From IMG/VR virus record IMGVR_UViG_3300018019_000008: 64,000 nucleotides of DNA, one strand, 5' to 3'. Position numbers and translations under genes: made by a program. Below, in pieces: positions 39,373-48,831 of the stretch (positions are counted from its first letter, which is position 1; the number at the start of each line of letters is the position of its first letter). The notes beneath the pieces were generated by a model. That model saw nothing but the letters and a program-made list of their open reading frames with translations. It ran no database searches and was not told the origin of the DNA. This stretch comes from an uncultured virus (IMG/VR IMGVR_UViG_3300018019_000008) (Duplodnaviria > Heunggongvirae > Uroviricota > Caudoviricetes).

Positions 39373-39640
39373 ACTCTTCCCATTTAGAAATGATTAATTG
39401 AGCATAGTTTAAATAATCGAGTGAACCTCTCATTGTGATAAAAAATTTTAGGGCTACTTCTTTTCGAAGAGTTTTAATATCTTTTTGTGGATTATCAAGA
39501 ATCATTTTACAAACTTCAAGAATACGAACAAATCTACCTTCTATTGTTTTATTATCGGAAATAATGAGAAGAGATGATGGTTCTCGGCTACACATAAAAA
39601 AGCCTTTAAACCATTGTTCAAATTGTTCAGATTCTCTCAT
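39350..39640 (-). CDS. Small helical, possibly HTH protein
   Basis: Coupled to the upstream gene; LRKEVALKFFITMRGSLDYL. Confidence 0.4.
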   Translation of the reverse strand: MRESEQFEQWFKGFFMCSREPSSLLIISDNKTIEGRFVRILEVCKMILDNPQKDIKTLRKEVALKFFITMRGSLDYLNYAQLIISKWEEFKIQTEK

Positions 39641-40584
39641 TAAAGCAACTCACGAAACAATTCAATTACTTGCGCTTTTTGTTCCTCAAGATTTGTGGTA
39701 TTCATTCTTCGCGTTTTCTCAAAGACATTGGTTCCAGCACAAACATCACCGACTACCCAGATTTCATGTGGTTTTAATATTTTCAAAACTTGAGCAAAGT
39801 TTCTCCAATATTGAAAAAGCCGTTTATTTGCTATTGATTGGTGAACTTCCCAAGTCTGTCCATTATATACGTATTTTTCTGGGGAAATTGATGATACTTC
39901 ACCCACATGAAAATCTGCTATAACTGCCACTAGAAACTTCGCGTCTTTACACATCACTTTGAAATAATTTTCAATGTCAACATGACCATCGCCTTCTTCA
40001 ACATATTTCTTAGAATCAATATCATCAGCTTCATAGATTATGTTCTCATTGTGATTATAGACAAACGGTTTATAAAGCCACTTCTGAACTCGAATTCGTC
40101 CTTCCTTTGTTACTATGATGAAATATGCGCCAATGTCAGTCTGCCAATGTGGAAAGTTTGCATTAGCTTTCGGATACTCTTGGAATGTAGTCCAGCATGG
40201 AACATTTACGATTCTAAATGGGTCATCATCGATAGAACCTCTTGCCGTGTGACCGTGAGCCGTAACCATCATTGCGATGTTATGTGGAAGTTTACCGCTA
40301 TACATATCAATCATAAACTTCTCAGCATCCCTTTGGCTAATAGCATATGGATTAAGTGCACCTAATCGTCTGGTATGGGTTACAAATGCGGTTTTGCCAT
40401 TATGTAAATTTTCAAGACTCCACCATGCTTTATGTTCGGCTTCGAACCCCATAAGCCTAAGTTTCAATACTATATCTTGCATTAACAAAGTGTCAAATGA
40501 AGCATGTACTGTTGTACCGTCCCAAAGTTTAATAATCGGAGACCATTTTTTATTATTTATCTTCTTTTTTTCTAAACCTGACAT
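39640..40584 (-). CDS. Calcineurin-like metallophosphoesterase with permuted motif order
   Basis: GTTVH, VTH and AHGH precede IADFHVG and VVGD. Confidence 0.6.
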   Translation of the reverse strand: MSGLEKKKINNKKWSPIIKLWDGTTVHASFDTLLMQDIVLKLRLMGFEAEHKAWWSLENLHNGKTAFVTHTRRLGALNPYAISQRDAEKFMIDMYSGKLPHNIAMMVTAHGHTARGSIDDDPFRIVNVPCWTTFQEYPKANANFPHWQTDIGAYFIIVTKEGRIRVQKWLYKPFVYNHNENIIYEADDIDSKKYVEEGDGHVDIENYFKVMCKDAKFLVAVIADFHVGEVSSISPEKYVYNGQTWEVHQSIANKRLFQYWRNFAQVLKILKPHEIWVVGDVCAGTNVFEKTRRMNTTNLEEQKAQVIELFRELL

Positions 40585-40639
40585 ATTTAAATCACTATTT
40601 ATACTTATGAGCGCGCACTATTTAAATGTTACGTTTTTA

Positions 40640-41434
40640 TTATACTATTTTTGTGTTGAGTTTTTTCTGGTTTTCAGGTTTCAGAACAACATCAACACCA
40701 GATTTTGATGGTGTTGCTGGGGGCGATGTTACTGGCGGTGCTACTTTTTGTGGAACTTTGTATGATTCTAAGAAATTAACAACAGTTATCTTAGGGAAAT
40801 ATTTTGTGACATCTGTGAAAATTCCTCGTTTCGCTTGTTGAATTCCATCCATGTTCACCGCTTCAGAGGGCACGTCAATAAGAACAGTTTCTTTACTTTG
40901 AGCCATTCTGAACTTATTTATATCAAGTGTTGGAAATCTTCGATGAATCAATGATTTTATTTTGTCGGAATCTTTTTTTATAACTGATTTTATAGTTACT
41001 TCATAGACCAGAGTTTTTCCAGCAAGAAACTGATTTGAATCTAATGTAACTCGACCAGAAGCTACAGAACGAACTATAGCTGTTCTTCCGCCATACGAAA
41101 TACGCATTTCAACGACAGGTCTTATTCCTTGCTTTGTTAAAGCAGATAATGGAACTACCTTAACTTTCTCAGGGTCCCGTTCTCCAAATGCATCTTTGGG
41201 CGCAACCTCAATTAGAGATGTCTCATTAAGTTTCATATTCAAGAATGCATCATCAATAGGCTTCAAGAACCATCCCTCACCTATAATGTTGAGTATAGGA
41301 ACATAGTTTGCCCCATTTCTCTTGATTTTTGCTGTTTCAGCAACTTGTTCAATTGAAGTATCAAATACTTTATCTTCTTCTTTTATCTTCGCCATATAGT
41401 CGAAGGTTACGAAATCTCCTTTTTTAAATACCAT
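40640..41434 (-). CDS. Archaeal long-type FKBP peptidyl-prolyl isomerase (SlyD-like)
   Basis: KKGDFV.FDY...VFDTS, AFGERDP, VTLDSN..LAGKTL.YEV. Confidence 0.88.
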   Translation of the reverse strand: MVFKKGDFVTFDYMAKIKEEDKVFDTSIEQVAETAKIKRNGANYVPILNIIGEGWFLKPIDDAFLNMKLNETSLIEVAPKDAFGERDPEKVKVVPLSALTKQGIRPVVEMRISYGGRTAIVRSVASGRVTLDSNQFLAGKTLVYEVTIKSVIKKDSDKIKSLIHRRFPTLDINKFRMAQSKETVLIDVPSEAVNMDGIQQAKRGIFTDVTKYFPKITVVNFLESYKVPQKVAPPVTSPPATPSKSGVDVVLKPENQKKLNTKIV

Positions 41435-41505
41435 ATTTTATCAACCTTATTTGATAATATATTGTACAATCGTCCTATATAAACCTTGCGTAGGAACCAA
41501 CATGC

Positions 41506-41784
41506 TCATTTGAATAGGTCGCTTACTGGTTCAAGTTCGGATATTGGTATTTCAATAACGTTTGGTGGTTTATACTTTATGGTTTCGTGGTAGTTCTGGC
41601 ATTCAACATAGAAAACTACTTTACATTTGGTACATTTGAACTTTCCATACCATTCGCCCGCCGAACAAGCGATTTGCTCAAGAAATTTATCTTTTAATTT
41701 TTTACTATATGCTCCACATTTAGGGCATCGATTTTCAACATAAATATCTAATCCAATAGATTTACAAATTTTTTCTTTATCCAT
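41506..41784 (-). CDS. Zn-ribbon protein
   Basis: CPKC and CTKC pairs. Confidence 0.55.
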   Translation of the reverse strand: MDKEKICKSIGLDIYVENRCPKCGAYSKKLKDKFLEQIACSAGEWYGKFKCTKCKVVFYVECQNYHETIKYKPPNVIEIPISELEPVSDLFK

Positions 41785-41948
41785 ATATTATCACTTTTAA
41801 TTATGGATAACTTTGTTGTGGTCTTAGTTACCGCAACCGCCATACCCATTTGGCTACCAATTGGTTAATAATATCTTTAACACCGTCCCTTATAAAGATT
41901 ACGGTTCATATGAAAAAACGTTCATGAAGAGGATGAAGTTAGTGTTAT

Positions 41949-41964
41949 TTAATCAGGTGATTAA
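41949..41964. promoter_or_regulatory. Palindromic operator-like site between divergent promoters
   Basis: TTAATCAGGTGATTAA, just upstream of the plus-strand promoter at 41969-41984. Confidence 0.7.
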
Positions 41965-42009
41965 TGGTCCATAACATTTATAAGCAAGTAGTTGTTACTC
42001 TATTACCAT

Positions 42010-42180
42010 ACAAACTATTCGGTGGCAATTAGACAAAAGTTGTAGATAAGAAGTAAGGCAAACGATTGTACGCTGAAAGAGCATCGTGCCCGAAACGAGT
42101 TAAAGCAACTATTGACGGAAATTCCAAAACGAATTTTACGGAATCCCCGTGCCTCTAAAATCAAACCCACCCGAATACTT
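42010..42180 (+). ncRNA. Candidate structured non-coding RNA
   Basis: Follows a consensus promoter with no good ORF; the ends are complementary and there are internal hairpins. Confidence 0.35.
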
Positions 42181-42369
42181 AATTTTAGACTAGAGACTAT
42201 TAAAATCAATAAATAATAATTAAGGAGAGGGGTAACACAGGGGAGAACCAATAGAAGTAGTAATAAAGACCATAGACATAAGCCCCCGCCCCCGCGCCCC
42301 CCCGACACACACCGACACACCATACCGTAACCTTTATATATGCGTAATACACTTGGTATGTAGTGTGAT

Positions 42370-42855
42370 ATGTATATGGAAAGACCAAATAAAATAGAAT
42401 GGTATCTTCAAATAGCAAAAGATATAGCTCTAAGAAGTCCTTGCATTAGTAGGCGTAGGTTCGGGGCAATACTTGTCAAAGATGATGCAATTATTTCAAC
42501 TGGTTACGCTGGAACTGTTCGTGGTGCAATAAATTGTGGAATAGATTGTAAATGCTTAAAAGACTTATATAACGAAAAACGAAATAAAAGTTACGAGCAT
42601 TGTCCAAGCATTCATGCGGAGCAAAACACCATAATAAATGGGGCAAGAACAGGTGTTTCAATTTTAGGTTCTACTCTATATCTTTCAGAAACAAACGATA
42701 ATGGAGACAGACCATGCTATTTATGTCGTAGGTTTCTAATAAATTCTGGAATAGAAGACTGTTATTATAAAAAAGATAACGTAGTTTATCATGAGTTCGC
42801 AAAAGATTGGATAAAATTAGAAGATGAATGGATTAATAATCAACTGAACCAATAA
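42370..42855 (+). CDS. dCMP deaminase family protein
   Basis: RSPC..R.FGA, STGY.G, HAEQN, PCYLC; promoter at 42325-42340. Confidence 0.9.
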   Translation: MYMERPNKIEWYLQIAKDIALRSPCISRRRFGAILVKDDAIISTGYAGTVRGAINCGIDCKCLKDLYNEKRNKSYEHCPSIHAEQNTIINGARTGVSILGSTLYLSETNDNGDRPCYLCRRFLINSGIEDCYYKKDNVVYHEFAKDWIKLEDEWINNQLNQ

Positions 42856-42923
42856 TTTATTGTTATACGAAACCATAAGACTTATATAGCACAACACTTA
42901 TTATAAATTATGAGGAATGATTC

Positions 42924-43469
42924 ATGTTCAAAAACAAATCCGATAAGAAAGCATATTGCGACAAATATTATCAAAACAATAAAGAAGAATTGAGAAAACA
43001 ACACCAACTTTATTACCAGACTCATAAAGAGAAATATAGAGCTGGATATAGAAAATGGGCTAAGAACAATCCAAACAAAGTTAAAGATAGAGCTAAGAAA
43101 TATAGAGACAAGAACAAAGACAAAATCAATAAGAGAAGAAGAGAAAACTATTACAAATATATCGAGAACCAAAAAAAATATAGAACCAACTTAAAGCTAA
43201 AAGTTTTTATTCATTATTGTAACGGTCAACCTTATTGTCAATGCCCAAAATGCAATGAGACTAATGTAAAGTTCTTAACTCTTGACCATATCAACGGCGG
43301 TGGGAACGAGCAACGAAGAAAACTTGGTAGTAGTACAGCAATCTATAAATGGATTATAGAAAATAATTTTCCAGAAGGGTACCAAGTGTTATGTGCTAAT
43401 TGTAATTTTGGCAAACGAATGTATGGAGTATGCCCACATAATGACTCTAATACAAAAATTGAGAAATGA
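42924..43469 (+). CDS. HNH endonuclease (subfamily A)
   Basis: FLTLDHINGGG...FPEGYQVLCANCN; promoter at 42873-42889. Confidence 0.85.
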   Translation: MFKNKSDKKAYCDKYYQNNKEELRKQHQLYYQTHKEKYRAGYRKWAKNNPNKVKDRAKKYRDKNKDKINKRRRENYYKYIENQKKYRTNLKLKVFIHYCNGQPYCQCPKCNETNVKFLTLDHINGGGNEQRRKLGSSTAIYKWIIENNFPEGYQVLCANCNFGKRMYGVCPHNDSNTKIEK

Positions 43470-43517
43470 TTCCGTAAGACTTAAATAGGTTGTTGTGTTT
43501 ATATCTAAGTTACAGAC

Positions 43518-45347
43518 GTGGTTATCATGCCTAAAAAATCTGATAAGCCCCTGAATCTTTCCGAAAACGCGAGATTCATCCTAAAGCAAAGATATTTGCA
43601 ACGTGACGAAAACAGGGAAATCATCGAAACCCCAAATCAAATGTTCAAGCGAGTTGCAAAAGCAATTGCCGAAGTTGAATACACTTACGGCAAAGACAAA
43701 GTATTTGTAAAACAAATGGAAAAAGATTTCCTCAATATCATGCTTAAAATGGAATTCCTTCCAAATTCCCCGACACTTATGAATGCGGGAACGAATTTAG
43801 GACAACTTTCGGCGTGTTTTGTTTTGCCCATTGATGACGATATTGATGCTATTTTTAATGCAATTCATTATAGTGCCAAAATTCATCAAAGTGGAGGTGG
43901 TACAGGTTATTCATTCTCACGGTTAAGACCTAAAGAAGATGTTGTAAAATCTACTGGTGGCATAGCGTCAGGTCCTCTCTCATTCATGAACGTCTTTAAT
44001 GCCGCAACGGAAACTATAAAACAAGGCGGAAAGAGACGTGGAGCTATGATGGGAATTATGCGTGTGGACCATCCAGACATAATGGACTTTATCATGGCAA
44101 AGGAAACCGAAGGGGTTTTACGCAATTTCAATTTATCGGTTGGAATAACTGACAAATTTATGCGAGCGGTTGAGAAAGACGGTGATTTCGAGTTTGTTAA
44201 TCCCAGAACTAAAAAGGCAGTAAAGTCCATAAAGGCAAGAGCAATATGGAATCTTCTCTGTCTAATGAGTTGGAAAAACGGCGAGCCAGCAGTTATTTTC
44301 TTAGATACAATCAATAGAGATAACCCAACACCAGAAATTGGTGAAATAGAAGCTACTAATCCATGCGGCGAAACTCCACTTTTACCCTATGAATCTTGTA
44401 ATCTTGGTTCTATGAATCTTAGCAAGTTTATCCATAAAAATGGACGTGTTGGATTTGATTTTGAGAAGTTCGAGAAGACAGTTGCAATTGCTGTTAGGTT
44501 TTTAGATGATGTTGTAGATGCCAATAAATATCCTCTTCCAGCAATCCGTGAGGCTACATTAGCTAATCGTAAAATCGGTCTCGGCGTTATGGGATGGGCT
44601 GACCTCTTAATGTTCATGGGAATAAAATATGACAGCGATGAAGCCATAGAACTTGCAGAGAAAATTATGTCGTCCATGCTCTCAACCGCTATGCGAACTT
44701 CAATTGCATTAGGCAAGGAAAAAGGAAACTTTCCTAATTTCGAAAAAAGCATTTATTTTTGGAAAGCTGTAGGAGACAATATTAGCAATTTCTATAAAAA
44801 AGATGATAACCCACCGAAAGAGCCAATTTTCAATTTACGAAATGCTACACTTACAACAATCGCTCCAACTGGAACAATAAGCCTAATTGCTAATGCATCG
44901 TCAGGTATAGAGCCAATATTTGCTGTAGTTCAACGGCGAAACGTGGAAGAAACTTTAGGAAAAAATCTTGTAGAAGTTAATCCATCAGTTAAACGTTCGC
45001 TTGAACTTAAAGGTCTCTGGACCCCAGATATTGAGAAATCACTTGTTGATACCCAATGCAAAAACTGTGTTGTTCTACCGAAAGAAATGAAAGAAGTTTT
45101 GAGAACATCAGCCGAAATTTCTCCTATGTGGCATTTGAAAATGCAAGCGGCATTCCAAAAGTACACAAATAATGCAGTATCTAAAACCATTAACCTACCT
45201 AATAATGCAAAAATCGAAGACATAGAAGCAATCTATATTCAAGCATGGCATTTTGGAATAAAAGGTACAACCGTATATCGAGACAACAGCCGACAATACC
45301 AACTTCTAGTTAAAGAAGACGGCAGTTGTCCAACCTGTCCTACTTAA
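43518..45347 (+). CDS. nrdJ: Class II (adenosylcobalamin-dependent) ribonucleotide reductase
   Basis: FLPNSPTLMNAG, LSACFV, TNPCGE, CNLGS, TIAPTGTIS, C-terminal CPTC; no R2 subunit gene in the window. Confidence 0.92.
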   Translation: MVIMPKKSDKPLNLSENARFILKQRYLQRDENREIIETPNQMFKRVAKAIAEVEYTYGKDKVFVKQMEKDFLNIMLKMEFLPNSPTLMNAGTNLGQLSACFVLPIDDDIDAIFNAIHYSAKIHQSGGGTGYSFSRLRPKEDVVKSTGGIASGPLSFMNVFNAATETIKQGGKRRGAMMGIMRVDHPDIMDFIMAKETEGVLRNFNLSVGITDKFMRAVEKDGDFEFVNPRTKKAVKSIKARAIWNLLCLMSWKNGEPAVIFLDTINRDNPTPEIGEIEATNPCGETPLLPYESCNLGSMNLSKFIHKNGRVGFDFEKFEKTVAIAVRFLDDVVDANKYPLPAIREATLANRKIGLGVMGWADLLMFMGIKYDSDEAIELAEKIMSSMLSTAMRTSIALGKEKGNFPNFEKSIYFWKAVGDNISNFYKKDDNPPKEPIFNLRNATLTTIAPTGTISLIANASSGIEPIFAVVQRRNVEETLGKNLVEVNPSVKRSLELKGLWTPDIEKSLVDTQCKNCVVLPKEMKEVLRTSAEISPMWHLKMQAAFQKYTNNAVSKTINLPNNAKIEDIEAIYIQAWHFGIKGTTVYRDNSRQYQLLVKEDGSCPTCPT

Positions 45348-45466
45348 TTATCAGCTATAAAAATATGGCAACACTTTGGATTCTCACATTTCCATATGTT
45401 CTTATAAACATTCTTTACGTTCGAACACCCACAATACTTGCATTTGGGGTCCGTTTCATACAGCAC
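45344..45466 (-). CDS. Small zinc-ribbon protein (40 aa)
   Basis: Manual translation from GTG: MLYETDPKCKYCGCSNVKNVYKNIWKCENPKCCHIFIADN. Confidence 0.45.
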   Translation of the reverse strand: MLYETDPKCKYCGCSNVKNVYKNIWKCENPKCCHIFIADN

Positions 45467-45470
45467 CCGC

Positions 45471-45752
45471 CTATAGAATATGAATTCCCATCAAACTTAA
45501 ATAATAAAGAATAGTAACTATGACTCCGAATGTTCCTACGCCAGCCGTGAGATATTTCCAAACTTTCTTTTCGCCTTGTTTTATACCGTTTGCCTCAGCT
45601 TTTTTCTTCTCTAAACTATTTAGTCTTTCAACACATTGACCAAGTTCGTTATTCATTACACCGACATGTTCTTTAATGTACTTAACGTCAACCTTCATCT
45701 CAGCCATTTGTGCAACTAGCTTTATCAATTCCGCATTCTCGCTGTCGTTCAA
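45471..45752 (-). CDS. Coiled-coil protein with a C-terminal TM helix
   Basis: Heptad pattern then a hydrophobic helix; promoter at ~45787-45803. Confidence 0.6.
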   Translation of the reverse strand: MNDSENAELIKLVAQMAEMKVDVKYIKEHVGVMNNELGQCVERLNSLEKKKAEANGIKQGEKKVWKYLTAGVGTFGVIVTILYYLSLMGIHIL

Positions 45753-45828
45753 GATTCAACACCAAATGATTTGAAAGGTAAAACTAGTATTTAAAGGTAT
45801 CGGTGTTAACTAACAAATTTTGATGGGT

Positions 45829-48800
45829 TTAATACAAAAATCGGTCCATCATGCATATTCCGATAATATCTCGGTCCCAATCTAGACCCAAAGGTTCGAG
45901 AATTTGGATGAAGGTGTTCTTTAAGAATTCATTGTATTTGGTAACATCTATCTCAGATGGTTTGGCTAATTTTGTTGGCTTTACCTTTAGTTTATCTGTG
46001 GTTTTGACGAAAGAAATCTCTGACCCTTCACCTATATCATAACCAGCCGCTTTAAGCTGTTTAGCCGCCTTAATATGTTGCGGGTCGCCGTCATACTCGT
46101 CAATATCTTTAGAAGCTGTTACGTGAAATGCTAAGTTCTCCATATCCTCAAAGTTTCGTGTTTTTATTTTGGTATAAGTATCCTTCACTAGTTTTAATAT
46201 GGCTTTTTTTACTGGCTTTATATCTTCATCATTATGAACCTGAGCCAATAGTTTCTTAGTCTCATCAAACGGAGTCCTAATTATATGAGGCGTATGCTTC
46301 TTCTTACCAGTTAAACCTTTAACGTCAACAGTACCATCTTTTAGAACACCAAAGTAATTTTTTTTACGTCCGCTGAGGCAAGCGTATCTATACTCTTTAT
46401 CTAGTTCAAAGTCAATATCGAACTTTTCCTTAGCCCAAATTAGTAATTCTTCCAATATTTCTGGGGCTGGGTCCTTAATGAATATGGAGTCCGTATCACC
46501 GTAAATAACATTCAAGCCTAATTCTTGACCATGTTTTATAGTCTGAGTGATTATCCATCGTCCAATTCCTGTCACATACTCAGGTACAGGGGGACAATAT
46601 AGAACAAAAGTCTCGTCTCCGAAGACCCCGTATGACGCATTACAGATAACTTTAATGCTCTGCTCTGAAACAGAATACCATGTTCTAAAAGGATTAGTCT
46701 TGTCTTTTGCTTGTTGCTTATACCATTTGACTCTTAAATCCTTTAGTGTTCCAATCAATTGACCTTCGATAGCCCTGTTTTTCTTGCATATCCAATGTTG
46801 CATCCCAGCGACCTTGTTAGAATAACACTCATACATAGTGAGCAATTCTATGACAATTGGCACAAAGTAACTGTAATTCTTTCCAATCCACTCTTCTAAG
46901 AGTGATATAAAGATTTCTTCCTTCGAAGTCTCTTCTGCCACTAATGTGGTGTATTTCAAAAGTTCGTTCATCAGGATTTCCACATCGTTCGCATTGTGCA
47001 CCTTTAGATTTAATAAATCGTTGGCGAAGTTCTTTTCGTTTTCTATTTTGCCATTCTCTTGAATATTTTTTTCTTGATTCTCTACGAATTGGGTCGGTTT
47101 TAAGTTTGTTTCTATATTTAAGGCTGTCTTTCTTTCGTTGAAGTTTGAATGAAGAAGTTTCCATAGATTTGTGATAATTTTCTCGTTGCCGTTTATTGAT
47201 GGTGGATTTGTTTTTACTTCTGTAGTCTCTCTGGTATTCTCGGTTTCGTTTTCTATATTCTTCATCAGTTTCATTAGGTTTTCTTGCTGGCATTGGATAT
47301 TCAACTCTTTATTCTGTAATATAGAATGTAACATCACCCATATAAATCTTTTGGTATCATTACTCATTTTTTGTATAAATTGACCATGCGGACAATTGAC
47401 TGTTGAATACCCTAAGTTCCAATTCTTCATTATGCTTGGATATAAGCTGGCGAAGTCTCCAACTTTAACGTTGAAATGGACACCAGCTACAGGATTCACA
47501 ACTATTGCGCCTTTATACTTTTTGCCTTTAACAAGTGCGGTAGTGGTTGTTGTTCCCTTCATAGCAATAATGTCTTCAGAGCGCGGAATAAGATAGCCCC
47601 GTTTTACATGTTCATAATAAATGAAACTACGAATCCATTGAGAAATGGGTTTTCTACTAACCATTTCAATAGGCATATAGCCTAATCGAGCCAACACAAG
47701 AATTAGGTTCATTACCACGTTATCGCTGTAAGTTGTCAATTCTATTGTAAGGTTGGCATCGCCTAAACAGTAAGTAATAAGCTCTTCATAGGTCATCTCA
47801 CCAACCCATTCATGTTCGCCCTTGATTTTTCCCTTTTTGATTAATGCTTTAGAAACTTCGTCAAGATTAACGTTCTTATATTTCTGTTGGAACGCATAAT
47901 TTTGCATTGACCTAATCTGGAAAAACTTGTACAAATCAATATGAATGGCATCTTTCCAGTAGGCAATTTTCTCCTTTGGTTTTATAGTTATCGGAATCTC
48001 ACTTATTGAAACCCCTAATCTAAGTGCTCGGTTCATTAAATAGGGAAGGTCAAAGTCATCGCCGTTGAAAGTAACGATGAATGGATATTGGCTACCAAAG
48101 GCGAATACTGCCCTTAAAAGTTCTGCCTCATCAGAGAACCAAGTAATAATGGCATCTGTAGGACAAGAAAATTGCTTACCTTCTTGTATTAATACAAAAG
48201 CATATTTTTCGCCTCTATTGGTTTCAAAACAAACACAAATTACTGGTAAGTTAGCACTACGCGGACTTGGAACTTTCATCCCTTCATTCCATACTTCAAT
48301 GTCTATGGAAACACGCTTAAATTCTGGTGCGGGATACTCAAGAAGCCGAGCTAATTGTTCACAGATAACTTTATTATATGGTTCTGGCTTGGCTAATTCT
48401 ACTAAATTCTCAACTCGTTTTTCAGCCGCCGCTTCAAGGTTCAAAATGAGCGTTCCACTTTCTCGAACGTAAGGCATACCCATCTTGATGTTGTTATCGT
48501 AGACATATTGCATAGCGGGCTTTATATGATTTTCCCAAGCAATAACTTCGGTTTCCTTTTTATTGAAATCGCTAATTCTATTTGGACCATCAACCGTAAC
48601 TTTCCAAACTATTACTTTTTGGTCATTTAGAGCATCATAAAGTTCTACTTGTTCTTGTTTGATGATACCAGCAAAATTCTGTCTTTCCTTTGTGTAGAAG
48701 TAAGGCTTATATTCTCCATCAAAATAATATTCCAGTTTTTCCGTATCATTATTATAAAGAGAAAGAATGACACATTTTAGGTTATAATCATAATTAGCAC

Positions 48801-48831
48801 TTACTATGTACAACATGAGAACATACCCCAT
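45829..48831 (-). CDS. polB: Family B DNA polymerase (B1-like) with a ~184-aa in-frame insertion
   Basis: SIDIEV, TFNGDDFD, YCLGD, DFASLYPS, KVICNASYGVFG, IYGDTDS, KKNY. Confidence 0.93.
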   Translation of the reverse strand: MGYVLMLYIVSANYDYNLKCVILSLYNNDTEKLEYYFDGEYKPYFYTKERQNFAGIIKQEQVELYDALNDQKVIVWKVTVDGPNRISDFNKKETEVIAWENHIKPAMQYVYDNNIKMGMPYVRESGTLILNLEAAAEKRVENLVELAKPEPYNKVICEQLARLLEYPAPEFKRVSIDIEVWNEGMKVPSPRSANLPVICVCFETNRGEKYAFVLIQEGKQFSCPTDAIITWFSDEAELLRAVFAFGSQYPFIVTFNGDDFDLPYLMNRALRLGVSISEIPITIKPKEKIAYWKDAIHIDLYKFFQIRSMQNYAFQQKYKNVNLDEVSKALIKKGKIKGEHEWVGEMTYEELITYCLGDANLTIELTTYSDNVVMNLILVLARLGYMPIEMVSRKPISQWIRSFIYYEHVKRGYLIPRSEDIIAMKGTTTTTALVKGKKYKGAIVVNPVAGVHFNVKVGDFASLYPSIMKNWNLGYSTVNCPHGQFIQKMSNDTKRFIWVMLHSILQNKELNIQCQQENLMKLMKNIENETENTRETTEVKTNPPSINGNEKIITNLWKLLHSNFNERKTALNIETNLKPTQFVENQEKNIQENGKIENEKNFANDLLNLKVHNANDVEILMNELLKYTTLVAEETSKEEIFISLLEEWIGKNYSYFVPIVIELLTMYECYSNKVAGMQHWICKKNRAIEGQLIGTLKDLRVKWYKQQAKDKTNPFRTWYSVSEQSIKVICNASYGVFGDETFVLYCPPVPEYVTGIGRWIITQTIKHGQELGLNVIYGDTDSIFIKDPAPEILEELLIWAKEKFDIDFELDKEYRYACLSGRKKNYFGVLKDGTVDVKGLTGKKKHTPHIIRTPFDETKKLLAQVHNDEDIKPVKKAILKLVKDTYTKIKTRNFEDMENLAFHVTASKDIDEYDGDPQHIKAAKQLKAAGYDIGEGSEISFVKTTDKLKVKPTKLAKPSEIDVTKYNEFLKNTFIQILEPLGLDWDRDIIGICMMDRFLY
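46829..47293 (-). CDS. HNH endonuclease nested within polB in an alternative frame
   Basis: Basic N-terminus, CERCG, EIHHI, LQLLCANCH; internal promoter motif at 47339-47354. Confidence 0.85.
   Translation of the reverse strand: MPARKPNETDEEYRKRNREYQRDYRSKNKSTINKRQRENYHKSMETSSFKLQRKKDSLKYRNKLKTDPIRRESRKKYSREWQNRKRKELRQRFIKSKGAQCERCGNPDERTFEIHHISGRRDFEGRNLYITLRRVDWKELQLLCANCHRIAHYV

Noticed and set aside
42072..42100. Hammerhead ribozyme (CTGAAAGA...CGAAA)
   Set aside because: The core deviates from CUGANGA, stem II does not close properly, and no clear stems I or III were found.
42015..42418. Minus-strand ORFs 42015..42323 and 42206..42418
   Set aside because: Low-complexity translations, no promoter or RBS, and opposed to the plus-strand promoters.
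46831..47385. polB insertion as an intein or a BHB/group I intron
   Set aside because: No intein terminal residues or blocks; no 4-bp helix with two 3-nt bulges could be built at the junctions; almost no non-coding room for a ribozyme core.
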